Shown here: positions 13,701 through 32,434 of the stretch, piece after piece | Position numbering within the stretch: position 1 is the first letter of the stretch | How the letters are laid out: every line of letters starts with the position of its first letter | Assembly: GCA_002269645.1 (NCBI GenBank) | Contig: NIVC01000757.1 | Span: 385,127-449,126, forward strand | Length of the DNA stretch: 64,000 nucleotides | Direction: 5' to 3' | Origin: Macrostomum lignano | Lineage: Eukaryota | The notes under the pieces: model-generated | What the model saw: only the letters and a program-made list of their open reading frames with translations | The model's database searches: none | Told to the model about the DNA's origin: nothing | Position numbers and translations under genes: made by a program

Positions 13701-15274
13701 CACGGCGCGCGTCAAACCGAAAATCCAGCCTAGATTGAATGGTTTTCAAGTGTACTTTTATTTGCTTCCCTGTACTTAATCAGTGCACTTTTACAAGAAA
13801 AATAAATGTGGCATGTGTTAATTAAAGTATCTCTAGGAGTTATGAATAGAAATTTAGTTTTTGCTGATTAAAGTAGTGACTCAAATTTGCTTTTTTAATA
13901 CCGGGTGCTAATCAGCTTATGGTTTGCATTGCTTTTTAGAAAAAAGAAAGGACTCGATTTTTTTATGGATTTTCTCTTAGTGGGCGTAGATTAAAAAACT
14001 TTATTCTGGGTACGGAGTTTTAGCAAACTGCATATATATACTTATAGCTTCCATTAAGAAGGCATTAGTAGACAAATTCAATCTGGCAATATACGAGTAT
14101 ATACAATACATAGCTGTCTATGGCACGATATAAATTTAGTTTCCATTAAGAAGGCATTATTCTATGGCCTACCAGAGCCTACAATCCTTGATTGTCCAAG
14201 GAACGCCATTATTCCAGGCTTCCAACGCGCATTTCAACCATAGACAAAACAGTTTATTTAACAGAAGTGACGATAAATACACTAGGCAATTGAGAATATG
14301 CTCGTACATACATGTAAATATAAAATATGCGTATAACCTGGCCCTGCCTTAGAAAACAAATCCATTAAAGAGTCTTTAGTCTAGGAAAATCAGTCTATGG
14401 TCAACCGTATACCCTCTAACTCTTCCCTTTTGTCTTTCTATCCAAGCTCTAAAATTGTCTATGGTCAATCCTTTGAGACAATTCTAAGCGGTACGCAATG
14501 AAAACATCTACGCGGTACGGAATGATCGGTACGCAATGATCGCGGGACTCGTTTAGGCCATAGAATAATGGTAGATTGTGTAGTATGCATTAGCCTTGAA
14601 TAATGATCGCTGTCACGAGTGGCGAAGCCACTCAACGTTTAAGCCACTCATACACCACTCATTGTGTCATGCTGTACGCTCATTATTCCACGCTTAGGGA
14701 TCATTATTTTAGGCTTCTAAAAATACATTCATGAGACAATGTGTTTGTGTATATGGTTTTGTCATAGACAATGATAAATTTTAGTCACTCGTGGCTTCGC
14801 CACTCGTGAAAATTTTATCATTGTCTACCTCCAAAACCATATACACAATCTATCATTAGAGGACAAATTCAATCTATAAGAGGATATATATTGCCAGGAC
14901 AGCTATAGACAGCTTCGTTCACGCACAAATTTTCAAAATGCGAGCGTATGTTGCACTTTTGCAGAATAAAAGCCGATTATAGTCTATGGTTAAAAGATAG
15001 AAAACAAAAAACAATTATTTAGAGTGTGACAACTCTTTTGGCCATAGACATCCACAGTGGTCTGGCTGACTGACTTTGTGCTTTGCCAGTTTCGTATATA
15101 CCAAGGACAACTTAATAGTTAATAGTTAATAGTTAAGAGTTATTAAGTTGTCCTTGGTATATAAGTTATATATATAAGTTACATATATATAAGTTATATA
15201 TATATAAGTTATATAATATAATATAATATATAATATAATATAATATAATATAATATAATATAATATATATATAT

Positions 15275-15310
<36 letters not shown>

Positions 15311-18300
15311 AATATATATATAATATAATATAATAATATAATATAATATAATATAATATATAAGTTATATATATAAGTTATTTAGTTGTCCTTGGTATAT
15401 CCGTATATACCAAGGACAACTTAATAACTCTTAACTACGACGTACACACACAAACCCACAGACAAATCATTTTTAGTATATGGACTAGCAATCTACGCCC
15501 CCCCCGCTGGGGAGGAACAAAGAAAGGAATAAATTTATTTTAATAAACTACATGTACATGTAGGTTTTGACCTTGTAAATTCTCTATTTTTAGTTTCCAA
15601 AAGAAATGACATTTAAAGCAAAAAAGATTCAGCCCTTGTGAGCTTTTAGATCAGTATCCCCTTGTGAGCTTTTGCATCAAAGCCTCCCTTTAAGCCATGG
15701 CTGAACCCTAATTCTCCCTTTGATCTACCTGCTTGACCTACCAACAACTTCTAATTGGCCCTTGGCATCTCAGCAACCCCCCATTAGCCACAGCATTTCA
15801 GCGATTCACCCCGTAAGACTTGACATCTCAGCTCATTTGAGCTAATAAACTTTTGCATCAGACTTGGTAATAAGACATATTTGACCCGCCCATTTGCAAG
15901 AGGAACTCCTGAAGTCTCCGAAAGCCTTAACAAGAAATTGCATATAAGAAGCAACATTGATATTGACTTGTGCATAGGATAAAAAACATTCATCAGTGAA
16001 TCGTAGGTACGACTAGCAGTCTGTGATTTCTCGTAATACTGGATCAATGAACAAACATATATCAATGATCTGGACAAATCCAGCGCACTATATATAGAAT
16101 TTTTTCCATTAGTATTTAACAACAGATTTTAGACGAAAGTCTGCAAGTAGGATTGGATTGGCCGCCTGCATGGCCTATTTTTTCTCTGAATATTTGATTT
16201 TTTATTCTCGGTGAAAAGCACATTCGTATGACAGACTCCGGCCCTCTAATCCTCCTCATAAATTGAAAGGCGCAGAGCAGGCAATGCTGTTTCTATTTTT
16301 ACTTTGTATAGCAGTCTGTCATGAGCATGAGCACTGAAGTCACATGTTTTCAAATATTCAATGAGTCCCTCAGAAAAATTTTGATTTTTTATTTATGTTC
16401 GACTATGCAGATTGTCATGTCAGTCCTCAGTTCCAAGTAGTCAGTCAGTCAGTCAGTCAGTCAGTCAGTCAGTCAGTCAGTCAGTCAGTCAGTCAGTCAG
16501 TCAGTCAGTCAGTCAGTCAGTCAGTCAGTCAGTCAGTCAGTTAGTCAGTCAGTCAGTCAGTCAGTCAGTCAGTCAGTCAGTCAGTCAGTCAGTTAGTCAG
16601 TCAGTCAGTCAGTCAGTCAGTCAGTCAGTCAGTCAGTCAGTCAGTGCGTCAGTCAGTCAGTCAGTCAGTCAGTCAGTCAGTCAGTCAGTCAGTCAGTCAG
16701 TCAGTCAGTCAGTCAGTCAGTCAGTCAGTCAGTCAGTCAGTCAGTCAGTCAGTCAGTCAGTCAGTCAGTCAGTCAGTCAGTCAGTCAGTCAGTCAGTCAG
16801 TCAGTCAGTCAGTCAGTCAGTCAGTCAGTCAGTCAGTCAGTCAGTCAGTCAGTCAGTCAGTCAGTCAGTCAGTCAGTCAGTCAGTCAGTCAGTCAGTCAG
16901 TCAGTCAGTCAGTCAGTCAGTCAGTCAGTCAGTCAGTCAGTCAGTCAGTCAGTATGCATCAGGCAGACCAACAATTCCCAAACAGTAAGCATTAAAACAA
17001 ACCTCCATAGGTTGAGCAGACGATTTCGTCGTACGATTTTTCGTTCACGACTCCAACGGCCATCGCTGTGATTGTCTCGTTGCAGTTCTGTTTGGAGGGT
17101 TGATAGGAGGCGGAAAAATTTCGTGCCTAGTAATTTTTTGTCCATTAAAATTGCGCATAAAAGAAAAGCGAAGGCGGAGACAAGCAGCTGTTACAAATTC
17201 ATTGAGTTACGTTCGGGAACCTCAAATTTTCTTCAATTACTAAATTAGGAAATCAGAAAAGTTTTCGTGGCATTGCAAGCTACAACATCTGTTCGTGTTG
17301 ATCGGTGTTGAGACATCTGCCTTCCAATTTTTTTCTATAAGCACTAATCAATATGCGCTGGCGCATTTCTGTAAAAAGGTGACAGATTCATCGGGGGAGG
17401 ATCTTAAGGGGGCAAAGGAAGTGCAGATTCAGAGGAGTTTATCGAGGGGGAGGATGCTGAGAGGTTTCTTCTGCTGTCAATCCTCCAATTCCAGTTTTGC
17501 ATCAAAAAAGAGTTTTTCTATAGCTCATCTAAATGATATTTGTCGCGAGTCTTCTACCCAAAGTACACCATGACGACCTAAAAAAGTGCAAACTAGTACA
17601 ACTCACGTAGGACCAGCGCAGCACAGGTTTATCGTGAATGTCATAGGCGTAGACCTCCACGCTGCCATCCTCCCTGGCAACAATCAGGTCCAGCATGCCG
17701 TCTCCGGTGATGTCGTAGCTGTCTATGGCGGTGATTCCTGCCGAGCTCAGGTCGCTGTTGAACACCCACTCGAGCTCGGGGTCGGAGCCGCAGAGGCGCA
17801 GCAGACCAAGGGACCCGTCTTCGGTTCCAAATAGAACTTCGTCGCCATTCTCGCCGCCGTTGTTGTTGTAGAGAGCCAGGACAAGTGGAGAGCCGGGTAG
17901 GGACACCTCCAGTGTGATCTGGCAGTTCTGCGAGGGCAAGGGTCGGCAAACTTAGTCGGCAATAGGGATGAGGAGATAAAATGTGAGATAATGGAGGAGA
18001 TGAGAGGGGAGAGGATTGCTATTTTGACGTTTCGAATGACCTGAGAACCAGATAGACTGCGATCCAGGCCAGAAGCGAGCAATGGGGATCAAATCCTCAT
18101 GATTTCTATTGGAATGGGATCAAATCCTCATGATTTGTATTGGAATGGGGATCAAATCCTCATGATTTGTATTGGAATGGGATCAAATCCTCATGATTTG
18201 TATTGGAATGGGATCAAATCCTCATGATTTCTATTGGAATTGGATCAAATCCTCATGATTTGTATTGGAATGGGATCAAATCCTCATGATTTCTATTGGA

Positions 18301-21007
18301 ATGGGGATCAAATCCTCATGATTTCTATTGGAATTGGATCAAATCCTCATGATTTGTATTGGAATGGGATCAAATCCTCATGATTTCTATTGGAATGGGG
18401 ATCAAATCCTAATGATTTGTATTGGAATGGGGATCAAATCCTAATGATTTGTATTGGAATGGGATCAAATCCTCATGATTTCTATTGGAATTGGATCAAA
18501 TCCTCATGATTTGTATTGGAATGGGATCAAATCCTCATGATTTCTATTGGAATGGGGATCAAATCCTAATGATTTGTATTGGAATGGGGATCAAATCCTA
18601 ATGATTTGTATTGGAATGGGGATCAAATCCTCATGATTTCTATTGGAATGGGGATCAAATCCTAATGATTTGTATTGGAATGGGGATCAAATCCTCATGA
18701 TTTGTATTGGAATGGGATCAAATCCTCATGATTTCTATTGGAATGGGGATCAAATCCTAATGATTTGTATTGGAATGGGGATCAAATCCTAATGATTTGT
18801 ATTGGAATGGGATCAAATCCTCATGATTTCTATTGGAATGGGGATCAAATCCTAATGATTTGTATTGGAATGGGGATCAAATCCTCATGATTTGTATTGG
18901 AATGGGATCAAATCCTCATGATTTCTATTGGAATGGGGATCAAATCCTCATGATTTCTATTGGAATTGGATCAAATCCTCATGATTTGTATTGGAATGGG
19001 GATCAAATCCTCATAATTTCTACTGGAATTGGATCAAATCCTCATGATTTGTATTGGAATGGGGATCAAATCCTCATGATTTCTATTGGAATTGGATCAA
19101 ATCCTCACGATTTCTATTGGAATGGGGATCAAATCCTCATGATTTGTATTGGAATGGGGATCAAATCCTCACGATTTCTATTGGAATGGGATCAAATCCT
19201 CATGATTTCTATTGGAATTGGATCAAATCCTCATGATTTCTATTGGAATTGGATCAAATCCTCACGATTTCTATTGGAATGGGGATCAAATCCTCATGAT
19301 TTCTATTGGAATTGGATCAAATCCTCACGATTTCTATTGGAATGGGGATCAAATCCTCATGATTTGTATTGGAATTGGATCAAATCCTCATGATTTCTAT
19401 TGGAATTGGATCAAATCCTCACGATTTCTATTGGAATGGGGATCAAATCCTCATGATTTCTATTGGAATTGGATCAAATCCTCACGATTTCTATTGGAAT
19501 GGGGATCAAATCCTCATGATTTCTATTGGAATTGGATCAAATCCTCATGATTTCTATTGGAATTGGATCAAATCCTCACGATTTCTATTGGAATGGGGAT
19601 CAAATCCTCATGATTTCTATTGGAATTGGATCAAATCCTCACGATTTCTATTGGAATGGGGATCAAATCCTCATGATTTGTATTGGAATGGGGATCAAAT
19701 CCTCACGATTTCTATTGGAATGGGGATCAAATCCTCATGATTTGTATTGGAATGGGGATCAAATCCTCATGATTTCTATTGGAATGGGGATCAAATCCTC
19801 ACGATTTCTATTGGAATGGGGATCAAATCCTCATGATTTGTATTGGAATGGGGATCAAATCCTCACGATTTCTATTGGAATGGGATCAAATCCTCATGAT
19901 TTCTATTGGAATGGGGATCAACTCATTGTGTTTCTTCGATATGTATGTACCAATGTTTTTAATGCAGAGAGTCACAAAGATCTTATGGGTAATAAATATT
20001 CAAATCTGATTCACAAGCCCGTAAGCCGATGCGAGGCTGCAGCTGTACCAACCTCTACAATTTTAACGCTGCGATCTTTGCAAGCCAGAACAGGAAGTTT
20101 TGTGCTCGGCAGGACCAAGATATCATTGATCACTTCAGGACAGAGCAGATAGCCCTGATCTTTCAAGTCCTTGAAGTGCGAAAACGAGGTATTTCCAGCC
20201 ACGTATAGGTCGGACAGATTGCTGATTGCTCTAGAAATAAAAATGCGCGATTTTTTGCGTTAGTAATACTCTAACTACTCTACTAGTAGTAGAAAGAATG
20301 ACAATTAAAAACATAAAAATCTTACATTGAGCGAATATTCTCGGTCATATTAGTGTCAAACTGGACGAATTGCTTGCCATTCCGTGAGAATCCGCGGATC
20401 TCTGAGCCGGAGGCTACAAAGATTCGATCCCGGGACTGACCATCCTTGCCGGCCAGATCAACTCGGGTGATTTGTTTGCTCAGGGGCTGGCTGAAGACCG
20501 ACTTTAAAGTTTATTTGCGGGAAGATATTTAAACGAACATGGTGATGAAAGTTGAAAATTCTTTCGAGAACTACTCATTTATTATATTGAGTGGGTAATT
20601 GACTAATAGTATGATGATTCTGCTAATTAATTTAAAAATGTAACTCCTTCAATCCTTACCTTTGGCTCGTTTGATTTTAGTGAGTAAATGCTGAGAGCTC
20701 CATTTCTGTCACCAATGCAAACCTGAATACATCAAATAAAAGTCGTTATTAATTGTTATTATTATTATGTCAGATGCATTACTATAGATTTTCCAAAGTG
20801 AAAGCAAGATAACAATCTTACTTTTTGAAGACCATCAGAACCTGGTGGCAGAAGTTTCATGCAATTCCTTGTCGTTACTCCAACCTAAAATAAAAACAAA
20901 GTGTATTCCAATGTGTTGGAATTTATTTTATATACTACTATGAATCATAAAAAAGTTTTAAAATTGCTGACCTGAAGATAGTCCAATCTTGAAAAGTTTA
21001 TGTCCAT
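7747..21007 (-). CDS. BBS7: Bardet-Biedl syndrome 7 protein (BBSome subunit), 12 exons
   Basis: Exons joined by GT-AG boundaries give a protein colinear with vertebrate BBS7: [12 protein letters not shown] (21007-20972), [13 protein letters not shown] (20884-20822), VCIGDRNG (20722-20660), [20 protein letters not shown] (~20500-20326), [13 protein letters not shown] (~20230-20050), [26 protein letters not shown] (~17940-17607), [13 protein letters not shown] (~17090-17004), GWIFGLT (~13730-13618), [19 protein letters not shown]...LLATYR (~13012-12718), [20 protein letters not shown]...KEATKRKI (~10675-10222), [12 protein letters not shown] (8699-8474) and [14 protein letters not shown]...FFEAE* (~7880-7747). 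Confidence 0.95.
7965..8462. repeat. Two adjacent 21-bp minisatellites (GATGATTGAGTAGACACTAGA x~10; GATTGAGYAGACGCATGATAA x~10) in the last BBS7 intron
   Basis: Read directly; the two units share the core GATTGAGTAGAC. Confidence 0.95.
8818..10052. repeat. Minisatellite, 20/21-bp unit (AGTGCAGCCATAGACACACA), ~60 copies
   Basis: Read directly. The long ORFs called over it are repeat artefacts. Confidence 0.95.
10760..11178. repeat. Minisatellite, 34-bp unit (AAAAATGAACTCTATGTACAGTGTTTTGTGTACT), ~12 copies
   Basis: Read directly; period 34. Confidence 0.95.
11570..11752. repeat. Dispersed ~185-bp repeat (second copy at 37891-38076)
   Basis: Both copies share GCTAAGCGAGGCTACATCTCTGAGG, TTATTGCCGGCCGTTA and GGGATTGGATAGGATCT in the same orientation. 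Confidence 0.8.
12225..12690. repeat. Minisatellite, 33-bp unit (GGAGAGCGGAGAGCCAGATTCAAGGATCTTGGT), ~14 copies
   Basis: Read directly; 11-codon periodicity keeps several frames open. Confidence 0.9.
15090..15487. mobile_element. Helitron/Helentron-like non-autonomous element with internal AT microsatellite
   Basis: The motif TATATACCAAGGACAACT occurs several times in both orientations around a (TA/TAA)n tract. The right end reads CACAGACAAATCATTTTTAGTATATGGACTAG, a CTAG terminus. Confidence 0.4.
16439..16953. repeat. (TCAG)n microsatellite, ~128 units
   Basis: Read directly. Confidence 0.98.
18083..19925. repeat. Minisatellite, 31/32-bp unit (GGGGATCAAATCCTCATGATTTCTATTGGAAT), ~58 copies
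   Basis: Read directly; lies in BBS7 intron 5. Confidence 0.95.
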
Positions 21008-22641
21008 CATCTTGTTGCTTTATACTGATTGTTGGCAGCTGGAATTTTTATGAATGGTATTTCTAAACATAACACATTCCAATGTTTTAGCAACATTAGC
21101 ATAATGTTTTTGGATAAAAAGCATCCCTGATACTTCAGAGCTATTTAAAATTAATTACACTTAATTAATAAATTTCGAAATATTTTTTTCATTTTTATTT
21201 ATGACTAAATTACAAAAGATTTTTAAAAAATATATTTAAAAATATTGATACACTTAAAATTACTACACAGCCCAGTTTTATTAACTCCTGAAGGAATTCT
21301 GATAATTCTATAAACTTTTATTTGATACACTCCAGATATTTTAGCTTAGTGTATATTTAAAAATATAGTTTATGCCTTGGAAAGAATTAAGGGTTAAAAA
21401 GGGAAAGGGAAAGTTAAATCATTAAATACTTCCAATCCATGCATTTATTTAATTTGTTATCAGTTATCGACTATAGTTACTATATTTAAGTTTTCTTTCC
21501 TTAATTCAATTTCAAGCTTTCATTTAATATTAAGACAGCGTGCTGCAGATTGCAGAAAACAGAAACATAACTGCATTATACATTCGCTATTAACTCCTGA
21601 AGTGATAGTCAAATGGTTCCTCACATCAGCAAAACTGTAAAATTTTGCTTGACTGTTTACCTGACTGTTTGACTGACGGGCAGACAGGTTAATAAAAATT
21701 ATTGTAATATTGCACTGTACTGGAATTGATTAGTGATTACTGATAGATCATATGATCTAATATTATAAACTGATATTTTTCTTTAAGATTTAATCAAAAA
21801 TGTAAGAATTAAAAAATACACTTCGTGCCTCTGATGTAAACATCATGCAGTAAAACAATAAAAAGTGAAAATAATAACCAAAACAAACTACATAAAACTT
21901 TAACAAACATTTAGAAGTTATGAATTTTTACTTTTTTTACTTTTATTTCAATACAAATCTTATTACAACTTAAAATGATAATGCACACTACTCGAGGTTT
22001 ATATCAAACCGAAGCATTAAGTTTTTATACTTTGCAGCTCCAAGGTTACTCTGATCTACAGAGACGAGATATTAAAATATTTATTCTTCAACTCAAGTGA
22101 TATTAGCCCTGCTAGCTGGCCATTATATTTACTTCGATAACTGTAGTGCACGTGTTCATGCACAACGAGACTTGGGCAGGCCAGAGACTTTCTTCACCGA
22201 AAATTATTAGATTGAATCTACCTTCGACTTCGTAGCAGTAACAATCCATATAATCAAAATGGTTTTTCGGTAAGTATCTATCTACAGGTATGGGATCGAT
22301 TTCAGAAAATCTATACTGCAAAAACCATGAGTCAATATTGGTCCCTCCATGATTATTTTTATTGAAAACTCGCTGCAATTATTGTATTTGTATATCAAAC
22401 AAAATCGGAGGTTTCTATGAAGCTACACTTAAATTTTGAACTTGATTCGTGGATATAATGTGCACGTATACTGATTTCGTCTAATAACTTGAAGAGAATT
22501 AAAAACAGAAACAGTAAGATTTTTTTAATTTTTTTATTATCTGGGCAAAAACGAATATGACTTAAATACGACAACAGATCTCGATCTTTGAGACAGACAA
22601 TTAATTAGTAATATCAAAACTCGGACACAGAGTTCCTAGCT

Positions 22642-27805
<5,164 letters not shown>

Positions 27806-28104
27806 ATATAAATATCATCAGGGGATCTGTTAAGGCTGAGTTGCCACGCGGGATAGACAACAACCTTAACGCAGCCAATTGGCAACAAGGGCACTAGGAA
27901 TAGATTATGGACACACTGAGTGAGTGCGATTTTTGCCAACTATTATAGGCTCGTACTCAACTTTAACTAATTTTGAGGCTACGAGTACTTCTAGAAACAG
28001 GTTCGTTTCTTCCTAATAACGTTTCTAAAACGCAATTGGTTTAAATTTTTTTCAGTTTAAACGTTTTTATTACACTTCAGAGTCTATACCAGTTAGAAAA
28101 TAAA

Positions 28105-28390
28105 ACTGTATGGTCTCACACGACTGAATGGTCGGGGGTTCGATTCTCGACCCACTCGGAACAATTTTTGTTCTTGAGCACGACACGTAATTCTCTGCAT
28201 TGCTTCAGTTCACCCCAGCTGTAAAATGGGTGCCAGCATTAGCTGGGTAACTGAGGTTGTGTGTGGCGACCCCCCAGTCCTTGGACTGAACAGCCGTACG
28301 CAGCCTTCAGATGCGCCGCGCAAAAGCTGCGGCTGAGCTGTCGGTTGCACATCTGGCCATTAGGGAAGGTGTAATTAATTACTTTATTAT
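28105..28390 (+). mobile_element. tRNA-derived SINE; other copies at ~31615-31860 (-), ~39020-39250 (-, partial) and ~42840-42910 (-, head only)
   Basis: B-box GGTTCGATTCTCGAC, central domain CTTGAGCANGACAC...CTCTGCATTGCTTCAGTTCAC...CAGCTGTAA and a shared 3' region are found in several copies; AT-rich tail. Confidence 0.75.
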
Positions 28391-29334
28391 TATTGTTATT
28401 ATGTAACAAAAACACCCAATTGGATGTGGAATCGAACCCAAGTTAATTGGCTACACAAGCGTCAGAAGATGTCACCACTCAGCTAGTCTGTTGCATGCCT
28501 GCAAATAAATATGAAAACTGACTCTAATACTCTGAAGTATGAGCGTATAAAGTTGTTTTGCTTGCACTTGAAACACCGCATCCATAAACTACCACATCCT
28601 ACGCTCGTAAAAGTTTTACAACTTCGACATGCTTGAGGGTAGATTAGGTTTCATTTTAATATCCTGTCGTTGTTGAATCAGTACTGCCATTATTTTTTTG
28701 CAAGTGAACTTGTCGCTTTGAAATAAAATGTCTCTTTTGTCTAACAGTTATGCTTATGTCTAAAAGTGAATTCTCATGTCCAACATGTCCAAGAGGTAAA
28801 ATTAATTCTTTTCTAACGCCAAAAGGATACATATGATTCGCAGTTGCTCAAATACTTGTAAAGTCATTTAAAACTGTTTAAAACCGTTTAAGGTTTTTCA
28901 AGTTTCTCCAAGTTTTTTCTCTGAATTCACCAAGCGTTGGATTGTTACCTACTAACAGGGAACGTGAACTGGGCTTAGATCGACAAAAATTCACCCTACC
29001 TGCCTGCCCGACAGGTTGGAGAACTGCCAGCTCGGGTCCGGCCGATGCCACGGTATCGATCGACTCAGTCAAGTGGCTTGTGAGCAGTGACTGCTCTGGA
29101 AAGCTGTGAGTTCGCTTGTGCCGCCTCCAGCTGAGCGACTTCAGTCCCATCCTCGCTCCAAGATGCTTCATCAGTAGGCCCAGCAGCTCTTTTGATATAC
29201 TCGCACGACGACAACAGCCTTACAGCAGTTCCCTTCATAAAATTTATTCTGACTGATTTCACAAATCGTCTTTAAATGGGAGATCAGCTCAACATCCTCA
29301 TTTTTGTTACCTCTAGAGGTTTTGAACATAGAGA

Positions 29335-29607
29335 GTGCAACAGCTAACCTCCTCCCCCTTGCCCACATTGCCACATGGACCAAAAGTTTTGCACATGCCA
29401 TCGGTGATTCAGCACATTGAACAGGCCGTCAAAGTCTCTCCAGACATGAACCCCATCGAGCGTGTCTGCAACTTCATAAAGCGAAGAGTTCAGCAGGGTG
29501 CAGTCGCGACAGGCGGTTCTGAATGCCTGCTGGCAGAAGCTGCTCCAAGAGTCCATCAACCAGCTGTTGATCATGACGATGCCACGACGAGTGACGGTAC
29601 ATTTTGA
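29335..29607 (+). mobile_element. Degenerate Tc1/mariner transposase C-terminal fragment
   Basis: SPDMNPIERVCNFIKRRV matches the Tc1 SPDLNPIE.W..K motif. Confidence 0.65.
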
Positions 29608-30225
29608 GTGCATATGCAGGCATTGAGACGATGAGTTAATTATTACGTTTAGTTTGGGTAATTTTCTATGTCAAACGATTACGATTGAAAGCTAAAATGA
29701 AACACGCAATGCTTCATTAGCTTTTATTTTATTTACGTTAAATTGTGTAAGTGATCGCGAAACAACAAATTAAATGGAGCTTTGGTTGGTAGAGTAGTGT
29801 GTACGAACAAGCTATTACGTGTAAGTATGCAAATATAAATAAACATTGTGCAGCCAAATAGTTGAAGTTTTAAGCTAGACTTTTGGTAGGTTAAACTTTT
29901 TACTTAGGGCCTCAGCTCAGTGTATAAAACAAAGTAAAAGCTAGTAAAGATACATAAGGTTATCAGTTCTATTTTTATCAATATTTCTTTGACTCACTAT
30001 CACGTACATGTAGAGGCGCAGCTTCAAATAGTGAGGCGCTCAGTTAGCGACGTGCAGTCGATATGAACTACCAGCTTAAGCCCATAATTAGTCTCCAGGT
30101 AGGATACTATAAAAGTGCCTAAAGGACCTGCTAAGTTGCTTTCTGGCAACAATGCACTTTGTCACTTTTTAAAGCTGTGACAGTATGCGGAAGAGTTTCA
30201 GGTAATCGACATCCGGGTGCCGCTG

Positions 30226-30561
30226 CTACTCCTGCAGCTCGTACACGGAGTTGAACAACTTGCCGCCGCACATCTCATCATCGTTGCCCAGGCAACGCGT
30301 CTGGCAGCTGTCGGCGGATTCGCCGTGGGCTCCGAATGAATTGCCGCACCAGCAAGAGCTGCCCTCCTGCAGGCCGAGGTATTTCTTTTTCCACTTTTGG
30401 CACCGCTGGGCGCAAAGGCCAACGTCCATTTTTTCGTCGTAGCCAGCGAAGGTGGGCAAGTCTCGCATATCGCTGTTGTCAATGAAGCAGCCCTTGAGGT
30501 AGGACGCTGGCGCCTTATCACCTGTGTGCGAGGTTGTATAAGATGCTTTGTGGTTAACCAA
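30226..30561 (-). CDS. WSC (carbohydrate-binding) domain exon
   Basis: YLKGCF.D...M...CAQRC...YLGLQEGSSCWCGN...C...C.GN..EMCGG...SVY has the WSC cysteine pattern. The rest of the gene is not resolved. Confidence 0.85.
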   Translation of the reverse strand: MVNHKASYTTSHTGDKAPASYLKGCFIDNSDMRDLPTFAGYDEKMDVGLCAQRCQKWKKKYLGLQEGSSCWCGNSFGAHGESADSCQTRCLGNDDEMCGGKLFNSVYELQE

Positions 30562-32434
30562 GTTAACAGGGTTTGTCTCAGTGAGATTCGTGCACGAAGA
30601 CTGACAACCAACCCTGTCGGCTTTGATTTGGGACAGCTACTTGAGCAACCAAGTCAGCGTTGCGTATACCAGAGAGTCGCCAAAAATGTTCTAATTGAGT
30701 GCAAACCAGTTAGTTCATCGACTAGTCCTGATTCCTGTCTACGAGTCAAGAAAAAATGCAAGACTCCTTAGACTTACGAATCGGACTTCTTCAAGTTTAT
30801 GCTGATAAATTAGTTGCAGTTTTGATGGAATCCTAATTTTGTCTCAATACGGGTTTCGGATGGTGTTGCTTTCAAATTTGAGCTTCATTTTTTTGATAGC
30901 TTCAATCTAAGTATATGTAGCTTAAAACCAACCACTGGGGCATGGGGGTTTTATGGTGGAGAGATTCTTCATGGGGGTTGATTTTATCGACATAAACTTG
31001 AATAGAGGTATAGAGACCCATTTAAGATTGTGTTGATAAATTCCAGACTGGGGGGGGGGGTTGACCCAACCAAAAAGGTCAATGAGCAAAGGCGAATCCT
31101 TTATGAGATTTATCTCATCGACATGGTGATTTCTTAACATTTCTTAACATTTCTGACGGATTCTTTTCGGAGTACTACTAATGTTCAGTACCACATGCAT
31201 CAACAGTGCAGAACACCGATGTAACAACATTTTACAAACCCAAAAAAGTTCTTTCATATGCAAAACAAATAGTATTAAGCTTCATCTACTCACCAGTGAC
31301 GCTTTTAAACTTAGCTTTAATCTTGTCTTTTATTATTTTAAATGGATTTGCGCAGCCTTCGGACGCAGGTAAGGAAGTCAGCAGGACCAGCACGGATAGA
31401 AGCAGGCAGCTAAGAAATCTTGCTCTGCTCGATGCCATAGTCACTGTTGCTTGTTGTAACACCTAGTAAAATATAGCTACGGTGGCCAAATAGCACTGAA
31501 GTTAATTGTTAGGAAAAAGTTTGAGTTGAAACGATATGTAATGGACCATAGACTAAAGTTAACTGCATTTACCGAATGTACCCATGGGGCTCTTAAAATA
31601 GAACTTAAATGGAAGCATACTTCGGGATGTGCAACCGACAGCTCAGCCGCAGCTATTGCGCGGCGCATCTGAAGGCTTGGAACGGCTGTTCAGTCCAGGG
31701 ACTGAGGGGTCGCCACACACACCTTCAATTACAGCTGGTGTGAACTGAAGCAATGCAGAGTTAAGTGTCTTGCTCAAGGACATAATTTGTTCCGAGTTGG
31801 TCGAGAATCGAACCCCCGACCTTGCATTCGCGACACTCTAACGACTAGGCTACAACCCGCTTTAAAAATGTGTGCTTATGTTTGACCAAACAAGTATCAG
31901 GCCCTCCAGAAAGTTCTTGTGCTTTTTAACGAACTATCACTGTTGTCTGCTCCTTTATATAGTTACTTTCAAAGTTAATTGCAGCAAGCAATTTCATTTG
32001 AGCAATTTTGCAGCTGTTAAATTAAAAAAACTTATGATATTACATTTATTTTTATTTTTATATTCCTTTGTCAACATTGCTGCTTTAAGTAGTGCGGAGC
32101 GCAAATATCATAAAATCAGTTGTGCCGCGTGCTGTAGCTCGTATAACTGTCGGAATAGATCAAAAGAAACGATACGGAGTTATCAATGGGCAAAAATGAA
32201 TTATGACTAAATTTTAACTTACAACAGTTCCCAAATATACGCCAAATTTGCAGCCTGTTCGTTGGAATTCAAACTAAAACGATGTCTAAACAGTCTTGTA
32301 AAATATCTATAAGAAACATATACGATACTTAGATGTACGATAGATCTGAGGAGAATATTCAAACGAAAATTCCTTATTGTTTAGAAGGAATTTTTATTGC
32401 AGAATGATTAAAAATTAGAGATGATTATTCGAAC

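Noticed and set aside
15784-16122. ORF as a candidate BBS7 exon
   Set aside because: No similarity to BBS7; the expected GWIFGLT exon is at ~13730-13618.
18083-19925. CRISPR-like appearance of the 31/32-bp partially palindromic repeat
   Set aside because: Units are head-to-tail with no unique spacers, no cas genes are present, and the context is a eukaryotic intron.
28105-28160. tRNA genes at the GGTTCGATTC motifs (also ~31800, ~39190, ~42850)
   Set aside because: No complete cloverleaf; each continues into a shared SINE body.
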